This document shows positions 29,573 to 38,438 of a stretch of DNA of 64,000 nucleotides, one piece after another (the stretch's first letter is position 1; every line of letters starts with the position of its first letter). Origin of the DNA: a bacterium. GTDB lineage: Bacteria > UBA8248. The stretch is from the NCBI GenBank assembly GCA_965204535.1, contig CBDBEV010000001.1:2240001-2304000 (forward strand), given 5' to 3'. Position numbers and translations under genes: made by a program. Below the pieces are notes generated by a model. That model saw nothing but the letters and a program-made list of their open reading frames with translations. It did not search any database and was not told the DNA's origin.

Positions 29573-30580
29573 ATGAGCTCCCGTGTTGAATTCGGTTTGA
29601 TCATGGCCCTGACCATCCGGGGGCTCGCCGTCGGAAACTTCGAGGACATGAAATCGGTGGCCCGGGAGGCGGAGCGGCTGGATTTCGATTCGGTGTGGCT
29701 TTGCGATCACTTCCTGACGCTCGACCCGAGTTCTTATGCGAAAGACGCCGGTTTCGAAGACGAGGGAGAGTCGAAAGGCGTCGGTTCCGGTTCCATCCCC
29801 TTGCTCGAAACCTGGACGGCGCTCAGCGCCCTCTCCCAGGTGACGAAAAAACTCCGCCTCGGGACCAGCGTTCTCAGCAACTCCTACCGCATCCCCTCGG
29901 TGCTCGCGAAGATGGGCGCCACGCTGGATCACATCAGCGGCGGGCGGCTCGACTTGGGTCTCGGCGCGGGCTGGATGCAGGAGGAATACGAGGCCTACGG
30001 CATTCCCTTCCCGAGGGCTTCGGTCCGCATCGCCCAGATGGAAGAGGCGATTCAACTGATCCGCAAGATCTGGACGGAGCCCAACCCCACGTTCGAGGGA
30101 GAGCACTACACGATAAAAGGCGCGGTGTGCGATCCCCCGCCGGTTCAGAAGCCCTCGCCCCCGATATGGATCGGCGGGGAGGGGAAAAAGGTTCTCCGCG
30201 CCGCGGCGAGGCATGCGGACGGCTTCAACGTGCGCTGGTGGCCGCCGGAGCGCTATCTCGAAAGAAAAGACGAGATCGACGCCAACTGCGCGGAGGCGGG
30301 CCGCGACCCCGAAGCGTTCAGACGCTCCTTGATGTGTCTCCTTTTGCCGAGTCATGACCGCGCGCGGGTCGATGCGGAAAGGAAACGATTTGCCGCCATT
30401 CCGGAGACTGGTATAATTTCGGGCGAACCCAAGGAATGCGTGGAGCGGATGATGGAATACGTCGACGCGGGCGTTTGTCATTTCCTGTATACGATCCCCG
30501 ACGTCGCCGAAATGGATATGCTTCGCCTCGCGGGAGAAGAGATTCTTCCCGAGGTCAGGAATCTGTCGAACGGGGGCTGA
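29573..30580 (+). CDS. LLM class (probably F420-dependent) oxidoreductase
   Basis: FDSVWLCDHF, ATLDHISGGRLDLGLGAGW, PIWIGGEG. Confidence 0.9.
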   Translation: MSSRVEFGLIMALTIRGLAVGNFEDMKSVAREAERLDFDSVWLCDHFLTLDPSSYAKDAGFEDEGESKGVGSGSIPLLETWTALSALSQVTKKLRLGTSVLSNSYRIPSVLAKMGATLDHISGGRLDLGLGAGWMQEEYEAYGIPFPRASVRIAQMEEAIQLIRKIWTEPNPTFEGEHYTIKGAVCDPPPVQKPSPPIWIGGEGKKVLRAAARHADGFNVRWWPPERYLERKDEIDANCAEAGRDPEAFRRSLMCLLLPSHDRARVDAERKRFAAIPETGIISGEPKECVERMMEYVDAGVCHFLYTIPDVAEMDMLRLAGEEILPEVRNLSNGG

Positions 30581-30609
30581 TGCCCTCCTATGAGCAGGGA
30601 GATTTTCCA

Positions 30610-31299
30610 ATGAACGAACACCAGGACATGGCCGATTACCTGAAACCCACCGAATTCATCGATTCGGACAATCCCGACATCGTATCGAAGGCGGAGGAAC
30701 TCACCGAAGGCTGCGCGGATGACACGGAAAAACTCGGCAATATCTATTATTTCGTCCGCGATTTCCCCTACGACATTCTCGATTCGTTCCGCTACCTCGC
30801 CGAGGGGAAGCGCCAGGCGAGCGACGTGCTCAATAACGGCAAGGCGTTCTGCATGGGCAAGGCCAGCATGTTCGCCGCCCTTTGCCGGGCTTCGGGCATC
30901 CCCTCGCGCATCGGGTTCCAGCAGCTTCATTGCCCCGATAAACCTTTCATGAACGAGGAAGTCGCGAAGATCTGGGGCGACCGCAAGCTACCTTGGCACT
31001 CGCTCGGAGAGGCGTACCTCGACGGCAAGTGGCTCAAGCTCGACGCCACAATCGACAAGGAATTCGCCGCGCGAAAAGGGCGGGTATATTCCCAGGAATT
31101 CGACGGCGTAAGCGACATCCCCTCCGTGGAAGGCCCCCTCATCAAGGACCTGCCCAGCCACACGGACTACCCGAAAGACGTGGCCGACTGGTATGAGCAG
31201 GTCGCCAAGGACGTCGTCGCATCTGTGGAGGAAGAAGTCGTTCATAAAGACGTTTTGAGCGATGAGGAATGGTCCGGCCCCCAAGCGGAGAAACTGTAG
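30610..31299 (+). CDS. Transglutaminase-like domain protein
   Basis: YLKPTEFIDSD; Cys-His-Asp triad candidates FCMGKA, WHSLGE, LDAT; start moved to ATG 30610 (GGGAG RBS), 30580 possible. Confidence 0.85.
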   Translation: MNEHQDMADYLKPTEFIDSDNPDIVSKAEELTEGCADDTEKLGNIYYFVRDFPYDILDSFRYLAEGKRQASDVLNNGKAFCMGKASMFAALCRASGIPSRIGFQQLHCPDKPFMNEEVAKIWGDRKLPWHSLGEAYLDGKWLKLDATIDKEFAARKGRVYSQEFDGVSDIPSVEGPLIKDLPSHTDYPKDVADWYEQVAKDVVASVEEEVVHKDVLSDEEWSGPQAEKL

Positions 31300-31361
31300 A
31301 GCCGGGCCGCCTCTGCGGTAGCGTCTGGCCGATACGTTCGTTTAATGAAAGGAGTTTTTAG

Positions 31362-32870
31362 ATGTCGGGTAGTTTAGTGAAGGTGGCCGAGTTTCCGCTC
31401 ACCCAGGAAGTGGAGCAGCAATTCATCGACGGCGCCTGGGTGAAAGGCGAGCGCGGCGAGCCGATAGACGTGATCAATCCCTCGAACAACGAGACGATTT
31501 TTCAGCTCTTCCCGGCCTCGGACGCGCAGGTAGACGAGGCCGTCGCCTCCTGCTGGCGGGCGTTCCACGACCCGTCCTGGAAGAAGATGCCCGCACTCGA
31601 GCGCGGGAAACTGATTACGAAACTCGCTGCGTTGATGCGCGAGCACGCGGAAACCCTCGCGAGGTTAGAGGCCATCAACACAGGCATCCCCATCAAGGAG
31701 AGCCGCCTGGAATCCGCCTCCTCCGCGCGCCATTTCGAGTATTTCGCCGGATGGGCGGGCAAGGTGGAAGGCAGCGCGCAGCCCCTCATGAACGATCGCC
31801 TCATGTATTCAACGAGGGAGCCTTTGGGCGTCGTTGCCATCATCGTACCCTGGAACACCCCGCTCAAGCTCATGTCCCGGGGACTGGCCGCCGCTCTGGC
31901 CTGCGGCAACACGGTGGTCGTCAAGCCCTCCGCCGTCGCTCTGGCCTCGGTGCTCTATTTCGGAAAACTGGTCGAAGAAGCCGGGTTCCCGCCGGGGGTG
32001 ATCAACATCGTCGCGGGTTCGGGGCGCTCGACGGGTGCCAAGATTGTGGGTCATCCTGATATCCGGAAAATCGTCTTCACCGGAGGCACCGAGGGCGGCC
32101 TGGAAGTCCTGGGACTCGCCGCCACGAACGTGACCCCGGTGCTTGCGGAACTTGGCGGCAAGGGCCCCATCATCGTGTGCGAGGACGCCGACTTAGACGA
32201 GGCGGCCGATGGCGTGATGAGCCAGGTGTTCGCCCGCCAGGGCGAGGTCTGTTTCGCCGGAACCCGCCTGTTCCTCCCGCCTTCCATCCACGATGCGTTC
32301 GTCGAGAAGATTAAAGAGCGCGTAGAGGGAATCAACGTGGGCGACGCCATGGATGAAGAGACGGATATGGGGCCGCTCATCTCTCCCGATCACCTCGCAG
32401 ACGTCGTCGGCTACGTCGAATCGGCGGTGGAAGACGGGGCCAGCGTCGCCTGCGGAGGCGACCGCGCAAAACCTGAAGGGCAGCCGGATGGGAACTTCAT
32501 GCAGCCCACGGTGCTCACGGGCGTGAACCAGGGAATGGAGGCGGCGTGTGAAGAGATTTTCGGCCCCGTTCTCACGGTTCATGAGTATGATTCGCTCGAC
32601 GATGCTGTTCGTGACGCCAACGCCACGGACTTCGGGCTGGCGAGCTACGTCTGGACGAGCGACCTGCGCCGGGCGCATCGGCTTGCTCAGGAGCTTGATT
32701 GCGGAAACGTGTTCATCAACACCTACCGCTACGGCTCGGAGATACCTTTCGGCGGCGTGAAGAAAAGCGGCATCGGCAGGGAGCATGGCGAGGAGGCGCT
32801 GCGCGAATATACCCAGGTGAAAAGCGTCTGCATCGGCCTGTCGAGATGGCATTCCTGGAATCGTGATTAG
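31362..32870 (+). CDS. Aldehyde dehydrogenase family protein
   Basis: IVPWN, FTGGT, ELGGK, catalytic GEVCFAG, EEIFGPV, PFGGVKKSGIGRE. Confidence 0.95.
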   Translation: MSGSLVKVAEFPLTQEVEQQFIDGAWVKGERGEPIDVINPSNNETIFQLFPASDAQVDEAVASCWRAFHDPSWKKMPALERGKLITKLAALMREHAETLARLEAINTGIPIKESRLESASSARHFEYFAGWAGKVEGSAQPLMNDRLMYSTREPLGVVAIIVPWNTPLKLMSRGLAAALACGNTVVVKPSAVALASVLYFGKLVEEAGFPPGVINIVAGSGRSTGAKIVGHPDIRKIVFTGGTEGGLEVLGLAATNVTPVLAELGGKGPIIVCEDADLDEAADGVMSQVFARQGEVCFAGTRLFLPPSIHDAFVEKIKERVEGINVGDAMDEETDMGPLISPDHLADVVGYVESAVEDGASVACGGDRAKPEGQPDGNFMQPTVLTGVNQGMEAACEEIFGPVLTVHEYDSLDDAVRDANATDFGLASYVWTSDLRRAHRLAQELDCGNVFINTYRYGSEIPFGGVKKSGIGREHGEEALREYTQVKSVCIGLSRWHSWNRD

Positions 32871-32936
32871 GACGATCCCGTGAATTTTTATGAAACCTTT
32901 CAACGCACTTTAAGCGAATCTTAAGGAGGAAACACC

Positions 32937-33896
32937 ATGAAGAAGTATTTACTGGTTTTCGCACTCGCCTTCGTCGTCGCGGCGGTGTCGGCTGCGCCCG
33001 TCTCGGCGGCCTACCCGACGAAGCCCGTCGAGATGACCATCACCTTCAAGGCCGGCGGCGCTGCGGACATCTCCGGGCGCACCGTGGCGAAAGCGGCCGA
33101 GAAAGTGTTCGGACAGCCCATCGTCGCCGTGAACCGTCCGGGAGCGGGCGGCACGATCGGCTTCGCCTACGTCAAGACCGCGCCGGCGGACGGGTACAAG
33201 ATCGGCTGGCTTTCGGCCTCGATTCTCACCGGCACGAACATGGGGCGCCTGCCCTATGACTACCGCGCATGGGATTACGTTTCCCGCCTGGTGTTCGAGG
33301 GGACGGCCATCGTCGTCCGGGGCGATTCCCCGTATAAATCGCTTCCGGATCTCGTAAAGGCGGCCAAATCGAAGACGCTCAAGATCGGAAGCGCAGGTTC
33401 GGGCAGCTTCACGCGGCTCACGGCTTCGGCGCTCTCCCAAAAGGCGGGCTTCAAGTTCCGTCACGTCCCCCTGGGCAAGCGCCGCGTGCCGAGCCTGCTG
33501 GGCGGCGAGGTCGACGCGATTTCCGTCCATCCGCCCGAGGTTCTGGCCCTTCACAAGGCGGGCAAGGTCCGCATGCTGGCCGTCTCTTTCCCGAAGCGCC
33601 ATCCGGCCTACCCCAAGGTTCCCCTGTTCAGCGAGCACGGGTGGGACGTCGGCTTCTATCAGTTCCGGGGGCTGCACGTTCCCAAGGGAACGCCCAAGGA
33701 AGCGGTTCAAGCGCTCCACAAGGCCTTCTCAGCGGCTGCCAAGGATCCGAAAGTCCTGGCCACCGCCGAGAAGCGAGGTTTCCTGGTCTCCTACATGGGT
33801 CCGGACAAGTTCCCGGGCTTCGTGGCCGAGCAGAACGCTCTGATCAAGAAAATCGTCGTATCCTTGGGTCTGGATAAGAAGAAAAAGAAGAAATAG
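32937..33896 (+). CDS. tctC: Tripartite tricarboxylate transporter substrate-binding protein
   Basis: Signal peptide; YPTKPVEM, NRPGAGGTIG, PKGTP. Confidence 0.93.
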   Translation: MKKYLLVFALAFVVAAVSAAPVSAAYPTKPVEMTITFKAGGAADISGRTVAKAAEKVFGQPIVAVNRPGAGGTIGFAYVKTAPADGYKIGWLSASILTGTNMGRLPYDYRAWDYVSRLVFEGTAIVVRGDSPYKSLPDLVKAAKSKTLKIGSAGSGSFTRLTASALSQKAGFKFRHVPLGKRRVPSLLGGEVDAISVHPPEVLALHKAGKVRMLAVSFPKRHPAYPKVPLFSEHGWDVGFYQFRGLHVPKGTPKEAVQALHKAFSAAAKDPKVLATAEKRGFLVSYMGPDKFPGFVAEQNALIKKIVVSLGLDKKKKKK

Positions 33897-33944
33897 ACTT
33901 CTGAATCGTGTCGAGGATGAAAAGCCACAAGGGATACGGTGTTC

Positions 33945-34430
33945 ATGACGGAGGAGACTAAAAAAATCCAAAGCAAACTCGGACGCCTCGTCGTTCCGAT
34001 CCTTCTGGTGGTTTTTTGCATCTGGTATGGTTCGATCATTCTGGAGTTGCCCCAGGGGCCTGGAGAAGAAGGTCCCCTGGGGCCTTCTTTTGTCCCCTGG
34101 GTGTGGGCTGCGCTGCTGGTCGTCCTCACGCTGGTCGATATCGGGACGGATTACCTCGGTAAAACGCAAGAGAATGCGCACGTCGCCATTGAGCGGAAAG
34201 GCGTTTTCGACGCCTGTATTCTTTGCCTTTTGCTGGTCGGTTTCGCGGTATTGATGCAGTATGCCGGCTTTTCCGCCTCGGTCGTCGCCTTTCTCGCCGT
34301 CTCCATCTTGTGGAGCGGAATACGCTCCTGGAAAATCATCATCCCCTACGTCGTCATCTTCGCCTTTGTGGTGAACTACGTCTTTCACCATGTGCTCAAG
34401 GTTCCCCTGCCCCAGGACTGGCTCTTCTAA
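33945..34430 (+). CDS. tctB: TctB family small membrane subunit
   Basis: LGPSFVP, TM helices, VLKVPLP end; start could be GTG 33939. Confidence 0.88.
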   Translation: MTEETKKIQSKLGRLVVPILLVVFCIWYGSIILELPQGPGEEGPLGPSFVPWVWAALLVVLTLVDIGTDYLGKTQENAHVAIERKGVFDACILCLLLVGFAVLMQYAGFSASVVAFLAVSILWSGIRSWKIIIPYVVIFAFVVNYVFHHVLKVPLPQDWLF

Positions 34431-34432
34431 AG

Positions 34433-35923
34433 ATGAATCTCCTGGTGGACGGCCTCGTCCAGGCACTGGCGTGGAAGCCTCTTCTGTTCGCCGTTCTGGG
34501 AAGTTTTATGGGAATCATCTTCGCGGCCATTCCGGGCTTGACGGTGAGCATGGGCATCATTCTCCTGCTTCCTTTCACCTTCCACATGGCGAGCGTTACG
34601 TCGATGAGCCTTCTGGTGGGCGTTTTCGTCGGCGGGATGACGGGGGGCAGCATCTCGTCCATTCTCCTCAACATTCCCGGCAACCCCGCCGCCATCGTCA
34701 CGAGTCTGGACGGGCACCCGCTCGCCCGGAAGGGCAGGGCTGGGGTCGCGCTGGGCGTGGCTTTTTTTTCGAGTTTCCTGGGCGGGCTTTTCAGCCTTAT
34801 TTGCCTGATTACCATCGCCCCCCAGCTGGCGGAATTCGCCCTGAATTTCGGCGCGCCGGAACTGGCGGCGCTGGTCCTGCTGGGTCTCTGCCTCATCTGC
34901 GGATTCGCCCAAACCTCAATGAGCAAGGCGCTTATCTCGGGCGTGCTGGGCTTGAGCTTCTCCACCGTCGGCATGGACCCCATCGACTCCATACCGCGCT
35001 TCACGTTTTCCGTGGTGCAGATACAGCAGGGCGTTTCATTCCTGCCGGTGATGATAGGGCTTTTCGCGGTGCCCGAGATCATCTCGGGCATGCGCGGCTC
35101 CGCCGTCTCCCTGCCGGATTTCTCGACGCGCCTGCGCGACCTGCTTCCCTCGCCGGGAACCTTGCTTGGCCTTTGGAAGACGCTCGCGCAATCCTCCCTC
35201 ATCGGGACCACCATCGGGCTGCTGCCGGGCACGGGTAGCGCCGTCGCCGCCGTGCTGAGCTACAACACGGCGCAGCGCCGCTCGCCGGAACCCGAATCGT
35301 TCGGGAAGGGAAAGCTCGAAGGCGTTTCCGCGCCCGAGGCCGCCAACAGCGCGATGACCGGCGGCGCGATGATCCCGATGCTCACGCTGGGAATTCCCGG
35401 CGATCCCGTCACCGCCGTCATGCTCGGCGCGCTCACCATCCAGGGGCTCGCGCCGGGTCCTCTCCTGTTCGAGAGCCACGGCGGTTTCGTGTTCTCGATA
35501 TTCGGGTCATTTTTCATCGCGCTTTTCCTGACCATCGTCATCGCGCTTCTGGGCATTCGCCTGTTCGTCCAGGTCTTGCGCGTACCGCCGGGGCTTCTCT
35601 TCCCGAGCATCGCGGTGTTCTGCGTCATCGGCGCGTTCGCGCTCCAGAACAGCTTTTTCGACGTTTTCCTGATGATTGGGTTCGGTCTGCTCGGCTATTT
35701 CATGCAGAAGTTCGACTATCCCATCATGCCCCTGCTCCTGGCGATCATCCTGGGGCCGGTGTTCGAGAAAAACGCGAGAATGTCGCTCATCCTCTCGGAC
35801 GGCGACCCCGGCATCTTCTTCCGCAAACCGATAAGCCTGGTGTTCCTGACCCTGGCTTTACTCTATCTCATCAGCGTCTTTCTGAAGAGGACTTCATTTT
35901 GGAGGGAGCGGAGCCGCGCTTGA
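34433..35923 (+). CDS. tctA: TctA family permease
   Basis: Start moved to ATG 34433; ILLNIPGNP..DGHPLA, APEAANSA, TLGIPGD. Confidence 0.94.
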   Translation: MNLLVDGLVQALAWKPLLFAVLGSFMGIIFAAIPGLTVSMGIILLLPFTFHMASVTSMSLLVGVFVGGMTGGSISSILLNIPGNPAAIVTSLDGHPLARKGRAGVALGVAFFSSFLGGLFSLICLITIAPQLAEFALNFGAPELAALVLLGLCLICGFAQTSMSKALISGVLGLSFSTVGMDPIDSIPRFTFSVVQIQQGVSFLPVMIGLFAVPEIISGMRGSAVSLPDFSTRLRDLLPSPGTLLGLWKTLAQSSLIGTTIGLLPGTGSAVAAVLSYNTAQRRSPEPESFGKGKLEGVSAPEAANSAMTGGAMIPMLTLGIPGDPVTAVMLGALTIQGLAPGPLLFESHGGFVFSIFGSFFIALFLTIVIALLGIRLFVQVLRVPPGLLFPSIAVFCVIGAFALQNSFFDVFLMIGFGLLGYFMQKFDYPIMPLLLAIILGPVFEKNARMSLILSDGDPGIFFRKPISLVFLTLALLYLISVFLKRTSFWRERSRA

Positions 35924-35986
35924 TGTGCAAATTTATTGATGTGGATTCTTGAATCGAAACGAGACAGGGAAGAGGAGCATCCAACC

Positions 35987-37123
35987 ATGAAGCGAAGCAC
36001 GGAGAGAATACTCACGACCCACACGGGGAGCCTGCCGCGTCCCCGGGAAGTGGTCGATTTACTGCTGGCCCAGGAGGAGGGCGCGGCGGACTCAGGAGAA
36101 CTCGATGCCGCCGTGTCGCGCGCGATAGAAGACGTCGTGGAGAAACAGGCGGAGGCGGGCGTCGACGTGATCAACGACGGCGAGCAGGGCCGGCCCGATT
36201 ACACCTCCCACGTCAAGCACAGGCTGACGGGCTACGAGGGGCCGAGTTCGCCACCGCTCGGCACGGGTGAAGAGCGTTTTCCCGAACTCGCCGAGATACT
36301 CTCTCAATTCGCCTCGCCACTTCAGAACCGACCGGCCTGTTCCGGCCCCGTGGACTGGAAGGACTGGCCCGCCGCCCAGGTGGACATCGAGCGGGCGAAA
36401 AGCGTCCTCGGCCGCGCCGACGTGGAAGAGGCGTTCATGACCTCCCCCTCGCCGGGGCAGATTTCTCGCTATCTCAGGAACCTCCACTACCCGAGCGAGG
36501 AAGAATACATTTTCGCGCTCGCGGACGTGATGCGCCGCGAGTACGAGGCGATTGTGGACGCGGGCCTGCTCCTGCAACTCGACTGCCCCGACCTGGCGCT
36601 CAGCCGCCACACCGTGTTTCGCGATTTGAGCCTCGCGGATTTCCGCAAGGAAATCGAAATGCACGTCGAAGCCCTGAACCACGCGGTGCGCAACATCGCG
36701 CCCGATCGCATGCGCATGCACATTTGCTGGGGCAGCACGCTGGGGCCGCACCATGAGGACGTTCCGCTCAAGGACATCATCGACATCGTGCTCAAGGGCG
36801 CGCCCTGCGCCGTCTCGTTTCCCGGCGCGAACCCCCGACACGGCCATGAGTGGAAGGTATGGTGCGAAGTCGACTTGCCCGAGGACAAGAGCATCATCCC
36901 CGGCGTCATCGATTCGACGTCGAACTTCGTGGAGCATCCCGAATTGGTGGCCGAGCGCATCGTGAACTACGCCGAGGCGGTGGGGCGCGAGAACGTCATC
37001 GCCGGCGTCGATTGCGGCTTCGGCACCTTCGCCGGCCGCGTTCAGGTGGATCGGCGTATCGTGTGGATGAAGATGGCCGCTCTCGCCGAGGGCGCAGCCC
37101 TGGCGTCGGAGCAACTCTGGTAG
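35987..37123 (+). CDS. Cobalamin-independent methionine synthase II / epoxyalkane-CoM transferase-like protein
   Basis: ILTTHTGSLPRP, NDGE, LQLDCPDL, HICWG, DCGFGT; start ATG 35987 with GAGGAG RBS. Confidence 0.9.
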   Translation: MKRSTERILTTHTGSLPRPREVVDLLLAQEEGAADSGELDAAVSRAIEDVVEKQAEAGVDVINDGEQGRPDYTSHVKHRLTGYEGPSSPPLGTGEERFPELAEILSQFASPLQNRPACSGPVDWKDWPAAQVDIERAKSVLGRADVEEAFMTSPSPGQISRYLRNLHYPSEEEYIFALADVMRREYEAIVDAGLLLQLDCPDLALSRHTVFRDLSLADFRKEIEMHVEALNHAVRNIAPDRMRMHICWGSTLGPHHEDVPLKDIIDIVLKGAPCAVSFPGANPRHGHEWKVWCEVDLPEDKSIIPGVIDSTSNFVEHPELVAERIVNYAEAVGRENVIAGVDCGFGTFAGRVQVDRRIVWMKMAALAEGAALASEQLW

Positions 37124-37377
37124 GGCGGTAAAGGACTTGGTCGTTCCCGATTGGTGTTTTATACCTCGGGAACGGCGATTCCCCCTCTTGATTCATGCCC
37201 ACAAGGAAAGTTCCGCCTCCGTTGCCGGACTGATCGAAATCTCCATTTTTCTCGAAAATAAGACGGCTCTATAGCTCACCCCCTCCCGTGAGCCCCCGCT
37301 GCGCAGAAAATCCTTACTTCCCAAACGACGTTTGTTGCCAAAAACGCGAATTTTTTCAAAAAAATGCGCATTTTTCG

Positions 37378-37454
37378 TTGACAAAATCAAAAAATGACCT
37401 ATATATAAAGTGTAATACATATGATTATATGAGTTCAAATAACTCATATAATCA
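37378..37454 (+). promoter_or_regulatory. sigma70-like promoter plus HAIR-like operator upstream of hsp20
   Basis: TTGACA 37378-37383, TATATA near 37400-37407; perfect 14-bp IR tgattatatgagtt-caaat-aactcatataatca 37422-37454 containing TGAGT-N7-ACTCA. Confidence 0.75.
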
Positions 37455-37530
37455 GAATTTTCAGCCGCTAAACATGAAAAATGGGGAAAGCAAGTCCCCG
37501 AAATCACTTTCACCACAAGGAGGATTCAAA

Positions 37531-37947
37531 ATGCCCAATCTGATGAGACCCGGTTCGATTCACGACGTATTCAACCGCTTTCTGGAAGATTCCTTCGTCA
37601 AGCCTCTTGCCACCGATGGCGAGGAAGGGATTCTGCCCGTCGACATCGCGCAAACCGATACGGACGTCGTGGTGCGCGCTTCGCTTCCGGGGTACAAGAA
37701 AGAGGATATCGACCTTCGGATCGAGAAGGGCGTACTCTCCATCAAGGCGACGAAGCAATCGGACCAAGAAGTCGAAGACGAGAAGTTCTATCGCCGTGAA
37801 CGTTTCATGGGTTCCGTGAGCCGCCGCATTGTGCTGCCCGGTATGGTGCGGAACGACGCATCGAGCGCGGAACTCGTCGACGGCGTCCTCACGCTTCGCG
37901 TACCCATCGCCGAGGCGAACAAGCCGAAGCAGATCCTGATCCAGTAA
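37531..37947 (+). CDS. Hsp20/alpha-crystallin small heat shock protein
   Basis: PVDI, ASLPG, RRERFMGSVSRRIVLP, DGVLTLRVP, IxI end; AGGAGG RBS; start moved to 37531. Confidence 0.94.
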   Translation: MPNLMRPGSIHDVFNRFLEDSFVKPLATDGEEGILPVDIAQTDTDVVVRASLPGYKKEDIDLRIEKGVLSIKATKQSDQEVEDEKFYRRERFMGSVSRRIVLPGMVRNDASSAELVDGVLTLRVPIAEANKPKQILIQ

Positions 37948-37961
37948 GCGAGCCATCCTGT

Positions 37962-37997
37962 CCGGCCCCCGGCGTTGCGTCGGGGGCCGGTTCGTTT
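37962..37997 (+). terminator. Rho-independent terminator of hsp20
   Basis: ccggccccc ... gggggccgg then ttcgttt. Confidence 0.7.
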
Positions 37998-38118
37998 GAA
38001 CGCTCCCCATTTCTCGTATTTTGTTGAATCAATCCTGGATTATCGTCAGGTATCATAAGAACGCCGGTTCAGCCCGAGTCGTTTCAGGTGAAAATCGGTT
38101 GTTTCCGATTCGATGCGG

Positions 38119-38386
38119 GGTTGTTGAAGAAGTCTTGTCCGGCTTTTGAGATTGTTCGCTGTAGGGACAGGCCCCCGTGCCTGTCCCTCTGAATCGCAAC
38201 CAAGGGGATGGACATATCCGATACGGGCGGCCACGGGGGGCCGCCCCTACGGGGGAATGCGGTTTTGTTAGTCATTCCGGCGACAGCCGGAATGACTAAG
38301 GATAGCCACGCACGTCCGTAGGGACAGGTCGCGACCTGTCCCTACAAAACCTGCAATCCCCGTTCATCGGGACTTTTTCAACAGCC
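38119..38386. mobile_element. MITE-like TIR element carrying GTAG REPs and a dRS3-like hairpin
   Basis: ggttgttgaagaagtc ... gactttttcaacagcc (14/16 match); REPs at 38161, 38225-38250 and 38318-38345; gtcattccggcgacagccggaatgac at 38271. Confidence 0.75.
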
Positions 38387-38438
38387 TTGATACCTCATGG
38401 GTGGTACGGTCGATGCTACTTGCTCGATGGTGTCAGTC

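Noticed and set aside
37288-37530. Long N-terminal extensions in the ORF track (hsp20, ureG, tctA 34223, amidohydrolase 55670, MmgE 39950, transglutaminase 30436)
   Set aside because: Downstream ATGs have clear RBSs and match family N-termini, and the extensions overlap promoters or neighbouring genes.
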